This document shows positions 20,082-31,169 of a stretch of 32,000 nt of DNA, in pieces. The position numbers were made by a program, and so were the translations under genes. The DNA comes from Rappaport israeli. Lineage in GTDB: Bacteria > Pseudomonadota > Gammaproteobacteria > Cardiobacteriales > Cardiobacteriaceae. Every line of letters starts with the position of its first letter. Position 1 is the first letter of the stretch. The notes under the pieces were generated by a model. That model was not told the origin of the DNA. It saw nothing but the letters and a program-made list of their open reading frames with translations, and made no database searches. Location: assembly GCF_001888055.1 (NCBI RefSeq), contig NZ_LXHZ01000015.1, positions 18,552 through 50,551 on the forward strand, in the 5' to 3' direction.

Positions 20082-21065
20082 ATGATGCAAGCAACAAATA
20101 AAGTTGAGGGACAAAAACAATTATTTAATGCGAAGTATTTATTTAATACTTATGGCATGTTGATGATTTTATTAATATTATTTTTTAGTCTATCGGCAGC
20201 GATTGATGGGTTTATGTCATTAAGAACAATATTGAGCATTATGGAGCAGGTGTCGATGTTTGGCATTATTTCCATAGGGGTTACTTTTGCCATTATTACT
20301 TGTGGCATTGATTTGTCTTCTGGGGCGGTGGTGGCACTGGCGGCTGTTGTGGCGGCAAGTGTGGTTTCTGCGGCAGATAATGCGTTTGCAGCGATTGCAG
20401 GTTTTGCCGCAGCGATTGCAGTCGGTGCGGTTTGTGGGGTGATTAATGGTGGGTTCACAGCGATTGGTAAGATTCCACCTTTTATTGCAACACTTGGCAT
20501 GATGACGATTGCTAGAGGGGCTGCGCAAATAGCCTCTGGTGGTCGTCCGATTGATGCGAGCAGTGATGCCTTTACTTGGATTGCAGATATGTCGGTATTG
20601 GGAATTCCTGGGTTGGTGTTGATTTATAGTATGGTGGCGATAGTGGCGCATATTTTATTGAGTCGTTCGCGTTTTGGGCGGCATGTGTATGCAATTGGAG
20701 GAAATGTACATGCAGCGCGTATTTCAGGGATTAATGTGCGACGGACGCTGATGTTGGTTTATACCTTTGCAGGGGCGTTGGCGGGTCTTGCTGGGGCAAT
20801 GTTGGCAGCTAGGACATATGCAGGTAATCCTGCTTACGGCAATATGTGGGAATTAGATGCGATTGCGGCAGCGGTAATTGGAGGGACGTCCTTGGCAGGG
20901 GGGATTGGTTCTGTACCAATGTGTGTGGTGGGGGCATTGATTATTGGGACGACTAATAAGGGATTGAATTTGTTGGGTGTTGACCCTTATTGGCAGCAGA
21001 TTGTTAAGGGATGCATTATTATATTTGCGGTGTTATTGGATACTCTTAAGCGTAGACGTAGTTAG
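20082..21065 (+). CDS. Sugar ABC transporter permease (RbsC family), probable inositol importer
   Basis: GITFAIITCGIDLSSGAVVALAAVVAA, IPPFIATLGMMTIARGAAQ, GNVHAARISGINVRRTLMLVYTFAGALAGLAG. GAGGAGG RBS before the ATG at 20082; in-frame upstream ATG at 20055. Confidence 0.9.
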   Translation: MMQATNKVEGQKQLFNAKYLFNTYGMLMILLILFFSLSAAIDGFMSLRTILSIMEQVSMFGIISIGVTFAIITCGIDLSSGAVVALAAVVAASVVSAADNAFAAIAGFAAAIAVGAVCGVINGGFTAIGKIPPFIATLGMMTIARGAAQIASGGRPIDASSDAFTWIADMSVLGIPGLVLIYSMVAIVAHILLSRSRFGRHVYAIGGNVHAARISGINVRRTLMLVYTFAGALAGLAGAMLAARTYAGNPAYGNMWELDAIAAAVIGGTSLAGGIGSVPMCVVGALIIGTTNKGLNLLGVDPYWQQIVKGCIIIFAVLLDTLKRRRS

Positions 21066-21370
21066 GTATTAATTAGGATTATTTGTGGTTTTAAACTGTG
21101 CCTGAATGGTTGGATTTATTCTCCAGCATTCAAGGCGCAGATTTTTTATTTTTTTAGGTGGGATGTTGAGGTGAATTTGAAAAGGTTTTTTATGATGCGG
21201 TGTTGGTGAATACGCGTTGGATGTGTAGATGAAGGGCTTTTATTGGGTGGGTTTGTGGTTTGTGGTTGACAATGGGTTTGTAGTGTCGGCACAATTTTTG
21301 TTTTGCTCTGTTTGTTTAGTGCGGACTGTTCTAAAATAATTGTTTATTCAACGCTTAAGGGTTTTTTAAT

Positions 21371-22368
21371 ATGCAATGGTCGTTACAAAAGGCGCGGGTG
21401 CTTTATGAGTTGCCTTTTATGGATTTGTTATTTGAGGCGCAGAAGGTGCATCGGGCGCATCATGAGGCGAATGCGGTGCAAATTAGTACGCTTTTATCAA
21501 TTAAGACGGGGGCGTGTCCTGAGGATTGTAAGTATTGTCCGCAAAGTGCGCGTTATAAGACGGGGGTGGCGCGGGAGGCGTTGTTGCAGGTGGAGGAGAT
21601 TGTGCAGGCGGCTGAAAATGCGCGGGCTCAGGGGGCGACGCGATTTTGTATGGGGGCGGCGTGGCGTAATCCTAAAGAGAGTGATATGCCTTATTTGCAG
21701 GAGGTGATTGCTAGGGTGAAGGCGTTGGGGTTGGAGACGTGTATGACGCTTGGGATGTTGGATGCGGATAAGGCGCGTACTTTGGCGGAGGCGGGGTTGG
21801 ATTATTACAATCATAATTTGGATACTTCGCGGCGTTATTATAGTGAGATTATTTCTACGCGTAGTTATGATGATCGTTTGCAGACGCTTGAGCATGTGCG
21901 TGAGGCGGGGATGAAGGTGTGCTCGGGGGGGGATTTTGGGAATGGGGGGAGGAGAGTGATGACCAGTTGGCAATGTTGGTGGAGCTGGCGAATTTGCCGC
22001 GTCCGCCTGAGTCTGTGCCGATTAATCAGTTGGTGCGGGTGAAGGGGACGCCATTGGCGCAGGTGGATGATTTGGAGCCGTTTGATTTTATTCGGGTGAT
22101 TGCGGTGGCGCGGATTATGATGCCACGTTCGGCGGTGAGGTTATCAGCAGGGCGTGAGCAGATGAATGAGCAGATGCAGGCGTTGTGTTTTATGGCTGGG
22201 GCAAATTCGATTTTCTATGGCTGTAAGTTGTTGACAACACCTAATCCTGAGGCGGATGTGGATAGGCGGTTGTTTGCGAAGTTGGGGATTAATGGGGTGC
22301 GTCAGGCGGTGGTGGAGGTTGAGGCGCAGGCGGAGCAGGCGTCGGTGGGGATGTATTATCCTGCATGA
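21371..22368 (+). CDS. bioB: Biotin synthase, two apparent +1 indels near 21925-21949
   Basis: [19 protein letters not shown] (radical SAM CxxxCxxC), [26 protein letters not shown]; second [31 protein letters not shown]...[20 protein letters not shown]. Confidence 0.93.
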
Positions 22369-22431
22369 TGGTTGTTTGGCTTGTTTAAAGCGCTGCCGCG
22401 GTGTGAGCTGGGTGGCGTTTTTTTGTATTGA

Positions 22432-24162
<1,731 letters not shown>

Positions 24163-24176
24163 CGCTTATGTTGGGA

Positions 24177-24302
24177 TTAACGTTGACGCGCTTTTAGGCG
24201 TGGGTCAGTTTTGCAGATGACAAAAATTTTGCCATGACGGCGAACAACTTGGCAGTCACGGCTACGGTTTTTTGCCGATTTTAATGAAGATAATACTTTC
24301 AT
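24177..24302 (-). CDS. rpmJ: 50S ribosomal protein L36 type B (YkgO-like)
   Basis: Manual reverse-strand translation: [41 protein letters not shown]. Below the track's length cutoff. Confidence 0.93.
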   Translation of the reverse strand: MKVLSSLKSAKNRSRDCQVVRRHGKIFVICKTDPRLKARQR

Positions 24303-24424
24303 GATTATTCCTTTTGTTATGTTTAAGGGCGCATATGCTATCGATTAATGGCGATAAAATCAAGAGGATTAAGGGTTTGGGGAAATAATTTTATGGCAGA
24401 GGAGGGATTTATGGGGGTGTGCTG

Positions 24425-25674
24425 TTATTCTTTAAATTCCAGTGGTAATTGTCGTTCGTCGTAGGCTTGGAGGAGTGATTCGGTGAGCGGTTGGGTCATT
24501 GGGGTGTAGGTTACGCTTTGTTCGTGGCGCGTGTCGCTGGCGCGTTGGGTGATGCGATAGAGCGCGAAGAGGAAAAAAGCACCCATTACGATGGCAATGG
24601 TGAGGAAGAAGGCATGGTTGGAGAGGGTTTGCATGAGCAGTCCAGTGAGCATGGGCCGCTGATGGCTCCAAGTCCGCCAACTAGTACAATGGTGCTGGCG
24701 GCTGGGACGACTTCGTCGCTACTAAGCCAGTCGTTGATGTAGGCGGTAGACATGCCATTTAGGGGCATGACAAATCCGCCTGCTAACACGAATAAGGGTA
24801 AAAGTAGGGTTAGGTTGTTGCCAACAAATGGGGCGGCAAGTGTGGTTGCGCCGCCGATTAATGCGGAGCTGGCGAGGATGAGGCGGCGGTCGAAACGGTC
24901 GGATAGGCGTCCAATGGGGAGGGTGAAGAATAAAGCGCCAATATTTAATGCCATGACAACCCATGCAGCACGAGTGGCGATGATGCCGTTATTGACGGCA
25001 TAAATGGGGGCAAGTGAGGTGAGTGTTCCTACGCAAAAGTTGGCAGCAAATACGCCTACAAATCCAAGCGGAGAGCGTTGATAGAGTTTTTTTAGGCTCA
25101 TAAAGTGATGTTGGTCGCTGGTGGTGGGTGCGCTAATGCGGGTGAGTAGGAGGGGAATGGAGGCAACGGAGATGGTTATAGAGGCGATGGAAAATAGTAA
25201 AAAGCTGGTGGGGGCAATGAAGTTGAAAAATAATTGTCCAATGGTGCCCGAAGCATAGATGACCATGAGATAGACGGCGATAGCTTGTCCGCGGTCTTGG
25301 TTGCTGCTTTGGGCGTTTAGCCAGCTTTCGCTGATGATATAAAGCCCTGAAATGCAAAATCCTGTGATAAAACGAATGAGCATCCAGTGCCATGAACTTA
25401 AAAATACGCTATGCAATAAGATGGTGACTGAACATAGCGCTGAGAGGGCTGCAAAAACGCGGATATGTCCAACGCTAGCAATGTAGCGTCCAGCGGTTAA
25501 GGCGCTGATTAAAAATCCAATAAAGAAGCTTGCCATGATAAAGCCAAGTTCGGTTTGTGAAAAACCTTCGGCTTGACCACGTAGGGCGATGAGGGTGTTT
25601 TGTAAACCTGTTCCAATCATCATTAAACTAATGCTGAAAAATAAAATTTTATGGTGGTGTAGGGCTTTTAGCAT
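24425..25674 (-). CDS. MFS transporter (YcaD/CynX-like sugar or drug permease type), apparent frameshift near 24653
   Basis: ORF 24586..25674 (FSQTELGFIMASFFIGFLISALTAGRYIASVGHIRVFAALSAL...NIGALFFTLPIGRLSDRFDRR) continues into 24425..24652 (MLTGLLMQTLSNHAFFLTIAIVMGAFFLFALYR). Adding one G to GGG 24653-24655 joins the frames as ...AISGPMLTGLL. Confidence 0.87.
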
Positions 25675-25816
25675 GGTTTGGTCCTTCTTTTATCAGGATT
25701 GATTGGGGAAAAAAGGCGCTTATGATAATGATACTTACGCATTTGTCTAATGCGCTATGGGAAATTTTTGTGTGGGCATTGTTGTAGCTTAACCTGCTAG
25801 GGTTAAGCCATATGAT

Positions 25817-26974
25817 TTAGTGGGGAAAAGGTATTTTGTGGGATTTTAATTTTGCTTGGATGTGGGGTTTTAGTCGTTGGTATAGTCGACGATTAGGAAG
25901 ACAGGCGAAAAAGCCTAAAATGATGAATAACCAAAGAAGGATGCGTGGGAATTTATTGAGGAGGGTGTCAATGATTAGTTCGGGGAAGGCGCCTTTATAA
26001 AAAACTTTACCCGCATGAGTGAATAAAGCGATTTTGGCAAAATTATCCGCTCCAACTTTATCAAAAATACGCATGCCTTTTTCGCCAAAGCTGACGGCTT
26101 CTTTGTATAAGGCATGATTTTTAGGGGAGATATGTTTTGAGCTTTTTACAGCAAGATCACCGCCAATGCGATAGATACTGGCGGCGTGTCTTTCAAATTG
26201 CTTGGAAAATCTTGCCATTGTGGCAAGGGATTGTGCGTCTGTGGTGTGCGCGAGAAGTTCTGCACCGCCACGAACTTTAGCCAGTGAGGAAACGTCGCCA
26301 AGTAGCGAGCTAAGGGTATCTATACTTTTGGTTTTTTTGCCTTTTTTTGCAGCATCTATTAGAGTGTGCGTGAGCCATTTGGGCATTTTTCCTAATTTGC
26401 GGAGTGCTTTTAAGGTGATGAGGCTACTTTTTGCCATAGTTGCGCTGACAAAAGAGGGCGCAGCAGCGCCTGCACTGCTTACGCTGGCAGCACCACTGGC
26501 TAATTGTGCGCCACTGGCGAGTGCGCCAAGAGAGGCTAAGGCAACGAGCACTTCATCAACTTCTTCACCTTTGGCTAGATGGATTCCTTCTTGCGCAAGG
26601 TCTCGGATATCGCCTATGAGTAAAAAATCAGTGGCAACACCAACCACGCGCCCAATATTTTCATCGCTTTGCCCTGAAAATAGACCTTCTTTAACTTTAC
26701 CTAGTTGATAAAGCCAGCGTTGGCGTTCGGCGCTAATGTCTTGGTAGAGGGTTTGCGCGGTAAGATTGTTTTGCATGTAGTCAAGTTCTAGAAAAAATTC
26801 TAGATAATCCGCGGCTTCGGCATAACGCTTTTCCTCGACAAGTCGCTGGGCTTCAGGCACTGGGTCGATGCGCTGTAGGCTAAGAGCATAAAGGCGATTT
26901 TGATTCCATAAAACGTTGGCTGAAATCAGCGCAAGAATAATTAATATCGCTCTGATGATAATGGATTTAATCAT
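25817..26974 (-). CDS. Uncharacterised membrane-associated protein, N- and C-terminal TM segments
   Basis: Intact 385-aa ORF; N-terminal IIIRAILIILALISANVLW, central Ala/Gly/Ser-rich segment, C-terminal ILLWLFIILGFFACL; no family I recognise. Confidence 0.75.
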   Translation of the reverse strand: MIKSIIIRAILIILALISANVLWNQNRLYALSLQRIDPVPEAQRLVEEKRYAEAADYLEFFLELDYMQNNLTAQTLYQDISAERQRWLYQLGKVKEGLFSGQSDENIGRVVGVATDFLLIGDIRDLAQEGIHLAKGEEVDEVLVALASLGALASGAQLASGAASVSSAGAAAPSFVSATMAKSSLITLKALRKLGKMPKWLTHTLIDAAKKGKKTKSIDTLSSLLGDVSSLAKVRGGAELLAHTTDAQSLATMARFSKQFERHAASIYRIGGDLAVKSSKHISPKNHALYKEAVSFGEKGMRIFDKVGADNFAKIALFTHAGKVFYKGAFPELIIDTLLNKFPRILLWLFIILGFFACLPNRRLYQRLKPHIQAKLKSHKIPFPH

Positions 26975-27380
26975 TGGGTTGGGTGGTTTGGCTTAGAGCT
27001 TGAATAAGGAGTTCGGCGGTGCGCTCGTTGGTGGCAAGAGCAATTTGTGCAACAGCAGCAATGCGAATGAGCGCTTTAACGTCTACATCATGCGGGGCGG
27101 CGTAAAGGGGGTCAAAAAAGAATATCAGTAGGTCGAGGCGCCTTTCGGCAATCATGGCGCCAATTTGTTGGTCGCCGCCTAAAGGACCAGATAAAAGTCG
27201 GGTTACTTGTAGATCGGTTTGGGCTTGAATGTGTTCTCCGGTGGTGCCAGTGGTATAAATTTGACAGTTTTTTAGCCATTGTTGGTGGCGTTTTGCCCAG
27301 TCGGTCATGGCGGGTTTGAGCGCATCATGGGCGACTAGGGCGACGTTTAGGGTTTTATTGTGTTGCATTGTATTGACCAT
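26967..27380 (-). CDS. mgsA: Methylglyoxal synthase
   Basis: NVALVAHDALKPAMTDW, LLSGPLGGDQQIGAMIAERRLDLLIFFFDPLYAAPHDVDVKALIRIAAV. Confidence 0.94.
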   Translation of the reverse strand: MVNTMQHNKTLNVALVAHDALKPAMTDWAKRHQQWLKNCQIYTTGTTGEHIQAQTDLQVTRLLSGPLGGDQQIGAMIAERRLDLLIFFFDPLYAAPHDVDVKALIRIAAVAQIALATNERTAELLIQALSQTTQPND

Positions 27381-27392
27381 GAGTTAGATAAA

Positions 27393-27421
27393 ATAAAAGT
27401 CCTAAATATTAGGACTTTTAT
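27393..27421. terminator. Stem-loop, probable terminator downstream of sucCD
   Basis: ATAAAAGTCCTAA-ATA-TTAGGACTTTTAT, perfect 13-nt arms between sucD and mgsA. Confidence 0.7.
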
Positions 27422-27438
27422 GCGTAGGATTATTTATC

Positions 27439-28310
27439 TTAAGCTTGCATGAGTTGTTTTAAGGTAGCGCCCATATCAGCAGGAGAGCGCACGGTGGTTA
27501 CACCAGCAGCTTCTAAAGCGCGGAATTTATCTTCCGCTGTTCCTTTGCCACCAGAAATAATCGCGCCTGCATGTCCCATACGTTTTCCTGGAGGCGCGGT
27601 TACGCCAGCAATATAAGCTACGACGGGTTTGGTCACATGCGCTTTGATGTAATCAGCAGCCTCTTCTTCAGCACTGCCACCGATTTCACCGACCATAATG
27701 ATGCCTTTGGTTTGTTCATCTTGCTCAAATGCAGCAAGAACATCAACAAAACTGGTGCCGTTTATAGGGTCGCCACCAATGCCAACACTGGTTGATTGTC
27801 CAAGACCCGTTTGCGTGGTTTGGTGTACTGCTTCATAGGTGAGTGTGCCTGAGCGCGACACAATGCCAACGCTCCCTTTTTGATGGATATGTCCAGGCAT
27901 AATGCCCATTTTGCATTCCCCAACAGTAATCACACCTGGGCAATTGGGTCCAATAAGGCGCACATCGCTCCCTTTTAGCGCGGCTTTAACGCGCATCATA
28001 TCCAAAACGGGAATGCCTTCTGTAATACAAGCAATCACTTTTATCCCTGCATCAGCTGCTTCTAAAATGGCATCAGCTGCAAAGGGTGGGGGGACGAAAA
28101 TCATGGAAGCATCTGCGCCAGTTTCACTAACGGCTTCATAGCAGTTGTTAAATACTGGGCGCTCTAGATGGGTTTGTCCGCCTTTGTTTGGCGTGATACC
28201 ACCGACAAGGTTAGTGCCGTAGGCGATGGCTTGCTCAGAGTGGAATGTCCCCTGTGAGCCAGTAAAGCTTGGGTGATAACTTTGGTATTTTTATTGATAT
28301 AGATACTCAT
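27439..28310 (-). CDS. sucD: Succinyl-CoA ligase alpha subunit, apparent frameshift near 28268
   Basis: Manual: [14 protein letters not shown] + [76 protein letters not shown]...[20 protein letters not shown]. Confidence 0.95.
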
Positions 28311-28319
28311 AAAAACCTC

Positions 28320-29480
28320 TTACTGTGCGGCGGCAACCGCTTTTTTGGCGGCGTCGGTTAAATCGTCTGCAGCGGTAATGTTTAAACCGCTATCGTTTAG
28401 CATTTTGCGTCCAAGTTCAACATTTGTGCCTTGTAAGCGCACAACGACAGGAACACCTAACTCCATTTCCTTAGCAGCGCTAATAATGCCTTCGGCGATT
28501 AAATCACAGCGCACGATGCCCCCAAAAATATTGACCAAAATGGATTTAACCTCTTCAGAACTTAAAATAAGTTTAAATGCCTGTTTGACGCGCTCAGATG
28601 TTGCGCCCCCGCCCACATCAAGGAAGTTTGCAGGTTGTCCGCCATGAAGTTTAACGATATCCATTGTTGCCATGGCAAGTCCTGCACCATTAACCATACA
28701 GCCAATATTGCCCTCTAGCGCAACATAGTTTAGTTCAAGTTCAGCGGCTTTATTTTCGCGTTCATCTTCTTGGCTTGGGTCGCGCATTTGTGCAAGGTCT
28801 TTGTGGCGATAAAGCGCGTTATCATCTACGCCAATTTTGGCGTCTAAAGCGAGTAAATTGCCCTCACCCGTGACAATTAAAGGATTGATTTCAATCATGG
28901 CAAGGTCTTTTTCAATGAATAATTGATATAAGCCTTCGAGCAATTGTGCAAGCTGATTGATTTGCGCTTTTTCAAGTCCCATAGCAAAACCTAAGCGACG
29001 TCCGATATAAGAGGAGTAGCCTGCAGCGGGGTCAACGCTAATATTGAAAATCTTTTCAGGAGTAGATTCTGCCACTTCTTCAATATCCATACCGCCTTCT
29101 GCTGAGGCGATAAAAGAAACGCTTTTGGTTGCACGGTCAACCAAGGCGCAAACATATAATTCATTAGCAATATCAAGACCTTCTTCAATAAGAACGGCAT
29201 TGATGGGTAGTTTGGTATCGCCAGTTTGTTTAGTTTGTAGTGTACTGCCAATCATGGCTTGGGCGTGGGTTTTTACCTCATCTAGTGATTTGGCAACTTT
29301 AACGCCACCTGCTTTGCCACGTCCACCAGCATGGACTTGTGCTTTGACAACCCAAACATTGCCCCCTAATTTCTCTGCCGCTTGTTCGGCTTCTTCGACG
29401 GTTTGCGCTAAAATACTGCGCGGTACGCTGACGCCATACTCGCTAAACAGCGCTTTTGCTTGATATTCATGCAAATTCAT
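28320..29480 (-). CDS. sucC: Succinyl-CoA ligase beta subunit
   Basis: [27 protein letters not shown]...[21 protein letters not shown]...[17 protein letters not shown]. Confidence 0.96.
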   Translation of the reverse strand: MNLHEYQAKALFSEYGVSVPRSILAQTVEEAEQAAEKLGGNVWVVKAQVHAGGRGKAGGVKVAKSLDEVKTHAQAMIGSTLQTKQTGDTKLPINAVLIEEGLDIANELYVCALVDRATKSVSFIASAEGGMDIEEVAESTPEKIFNISVDPAAGYSSYIGRRLGFAMGLEKAQINQLAQLLEGLYQLFIEKDLAMIEINPLIVTGEGNLLALDAKIGVDDNALYRHKDLAQMRDPSQEDERENKAAELELNYVALEGNIGCMVNGAGLAMATMDIVKLHGGQPANFLDVGGGATSERVKQAFKLILSSEEVKSILVNIFGGIVRCDLIAEGIISAAKEMELGVPVVVRLQGTNVELGRKMLNDSGLNITAADDLTDAAKKAVAAAQ

Positions 29481-29622
29481 AGGTTTTCCTAGTGTTGAAT
29501 GTAAAAATCGGGGCAATCGTATCAAATATAGCCCTTGATGCTATAACGAGAGGAGATTATCGCTAGAGGTTATGGGTTAATTTAGATTGAATCAGGTTAG
29601 TAGAAAAAAAAGGATTTAAAAA

Positions 29623-30054
29623 ATGTATGCGCATCAAACAACTATAGAGGTTCGTTGGGGAGATATGGATGCCTATGGGCATGTTAATAATACGGTGTTT
29701 TTTCGTTATTTTGAGATGGCGCGCTTTCGCTATTTTGAGGCGTTAAATTTATGTGAGGATGGGGTTATTCCAACCATTGTATTGGCAGCGATAGAGTGTC
29801 AATTTAAACGCGCATTGGTGTATCCAGCAACAATTGTGGTGCATACACGTGTGTTGGATTTAGGGAGTAGTAGCCTGAAAATGCAGGCGATGATTGAGTG
29901 TGAGGGTGAGCTATGCGCCCAAGCAACAGCAACGATGGTTTGGGTGGATAGCCAAACGCATAAGCCGCAAAAAATTCCAATGCAGGCGCGAGAAAAAATT
30001 AAGGCGCATGAGCAGTTTGATAAGAGGGCGGATGAGTATTATTCTGATTGTTAG
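29623..30054 (+). CDS. Acyl-CoA thioesterase, 4HBT (hot-dog) family
   Basis: EVRWGDMDAYGHVNNTVFFRYFEMARFRYFE motif. Confidence 0.88.
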   Translation: MYAHQTTIEVRWGDMDAYGHVNNTVFFRYFEMARFRYFEALNLCEDGVIPTIVLAAIECQFKRALVYPATIVVHTRVLDLGSSSLKMQAMIECEGELCAQATATMVWVDSQTHKPQKIPMQAREKIKAHEQFDKRADEYYSDC

Positions 30055-30140
30055 AATTTAAATATATTTTGGTTTTATAGTGAAAAAAGTTTGTGAAATC
30101 AGCTACTACTATGGTTGATTATAAAAACTAACATTTATTT

Positions 30141-31127
30141 TTATGGTGTATTGGCGCGGTGTTGGCGTAGATGTTGAAGTAGGGCGGTCATATCTTCGGG
30201 TAGTGGGCTATGGTATTGACAAGGTTGTGTGCTGTGAGGATGAATGAGCCTAAGTTCGGTGGCATGAAGCGCTTGACGGGGGAAGGTGAGCAAAGCCTCG
30301 CGAATCTCATCGCTTAATCCTTTGGGCAAAACAGGATTATGACCATAAACGCTGTCGCCAACTAAGGGATGATTTAAATATGAAAGATGGACGCGGATTT
30401 GGTGCGTGCGTCCTGTTTCTAGCTGTACGCGTAATAAAGTAATGTCTGAAAAGCGCTCTTCTATCCGATAATGGGTAATGGCAGGTTTGCCATCTTTACG
30501 CACGCTCATACGAACGCGCTCCTTAGGATGTCGTCCAATCGGAAGGTCAATACTATCTCCTGCCGTAACATAGCGATAAACCAGTGCTAGATAAGTTCTG
30601 CCCATGGTGCGCGTTTGCAATTGTTGTACCAAATGCGTATGCGCTTTAGGCGTTCTGGCAACGACCATTACACCAGAAGTTTCTTTGTCTAAACGATGCA
30701 CAATGCCCGCGCGCGGTAGGTTTGCAAGTTCAGGAAAATGAAAAAGTAACGCATTTAAAAGTGTACCATCACGATTACCCGCTGCAGGATGAACCACTAA
30801 TCCCGCGGGCTTGTCAATGACAATAATTGATTTATCAGCATGCAATACATTTAATGCGATATTTTGTGCGTCATTTTTTGTATGCTCACATACGCTTAAA
30901 GTCCCAGAAATATAATCCCCCACACTAAGATTAGATTTATTCTTGGCAGGTTTTTGGTTGAGCAAAATCTCGCCAGATTGAATAGCTTGCTGCCATTGCC
31001 CGCGTGAATAATCAGTAAATTGATGCGCCAAAAATTGATCTAAGCGCCAACCATGATATTCAAGTGGCACCGTTAAATTCACCGTAAAATCATTATTATC
31101 TGTACAATGGGGTTTGTTTGTTAGCAT
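30141..31127 (-). CDS. rluD: 23S rRNA pseudouridine synthase D
   Basis: S4 domain, IVIDKPAGLVVHPAAGN, RAGIVHRLDKETSGVMVVARTPKAH, LETGRTHQIRVHLSYLNHPLVGDSVYG. Confidence 0.94.
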   Translation of the reverse strand: MLTNKPHCTDNNDFTVNLTVPLEYHGWRLDQFLAHQFTDYSRGQWQQAIQSGEILLNQKPAKNKSNLSVGDYISGTLSVCEHTKNDAQNIALNVLHADKSIIVIDKPAGLVVHPAAGNRDGTLLNALLFHFPELANLPRAGIVHRLDKETSGVMVVARTPKAHTHLVQQLQTRTMGRTYLALVYRYVTAGDSIDLPIGRHPKERVRMSVRKDGKPAITHYRIEERFSDITLLRVQLETGRTHQIRVHLSYLNHPLVGDSVYGHNPVLPKGLSDEIREALLTFPRQALHATELRLIHPHSTQPCQYHSPLPEDMTALLQHLRQHRANTP

Positions 31128-31169
31128 GTTTTATGTTCTATAATACAATTTTTAAAATCGGAGTTTGCT

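Noticed and set aside
20220-20651. Minus-strand 143-aa ORF opposite the permease gene
   Set aside because: His/Arg/Asn-rich composition typical of antisense translation of a membrane protein.
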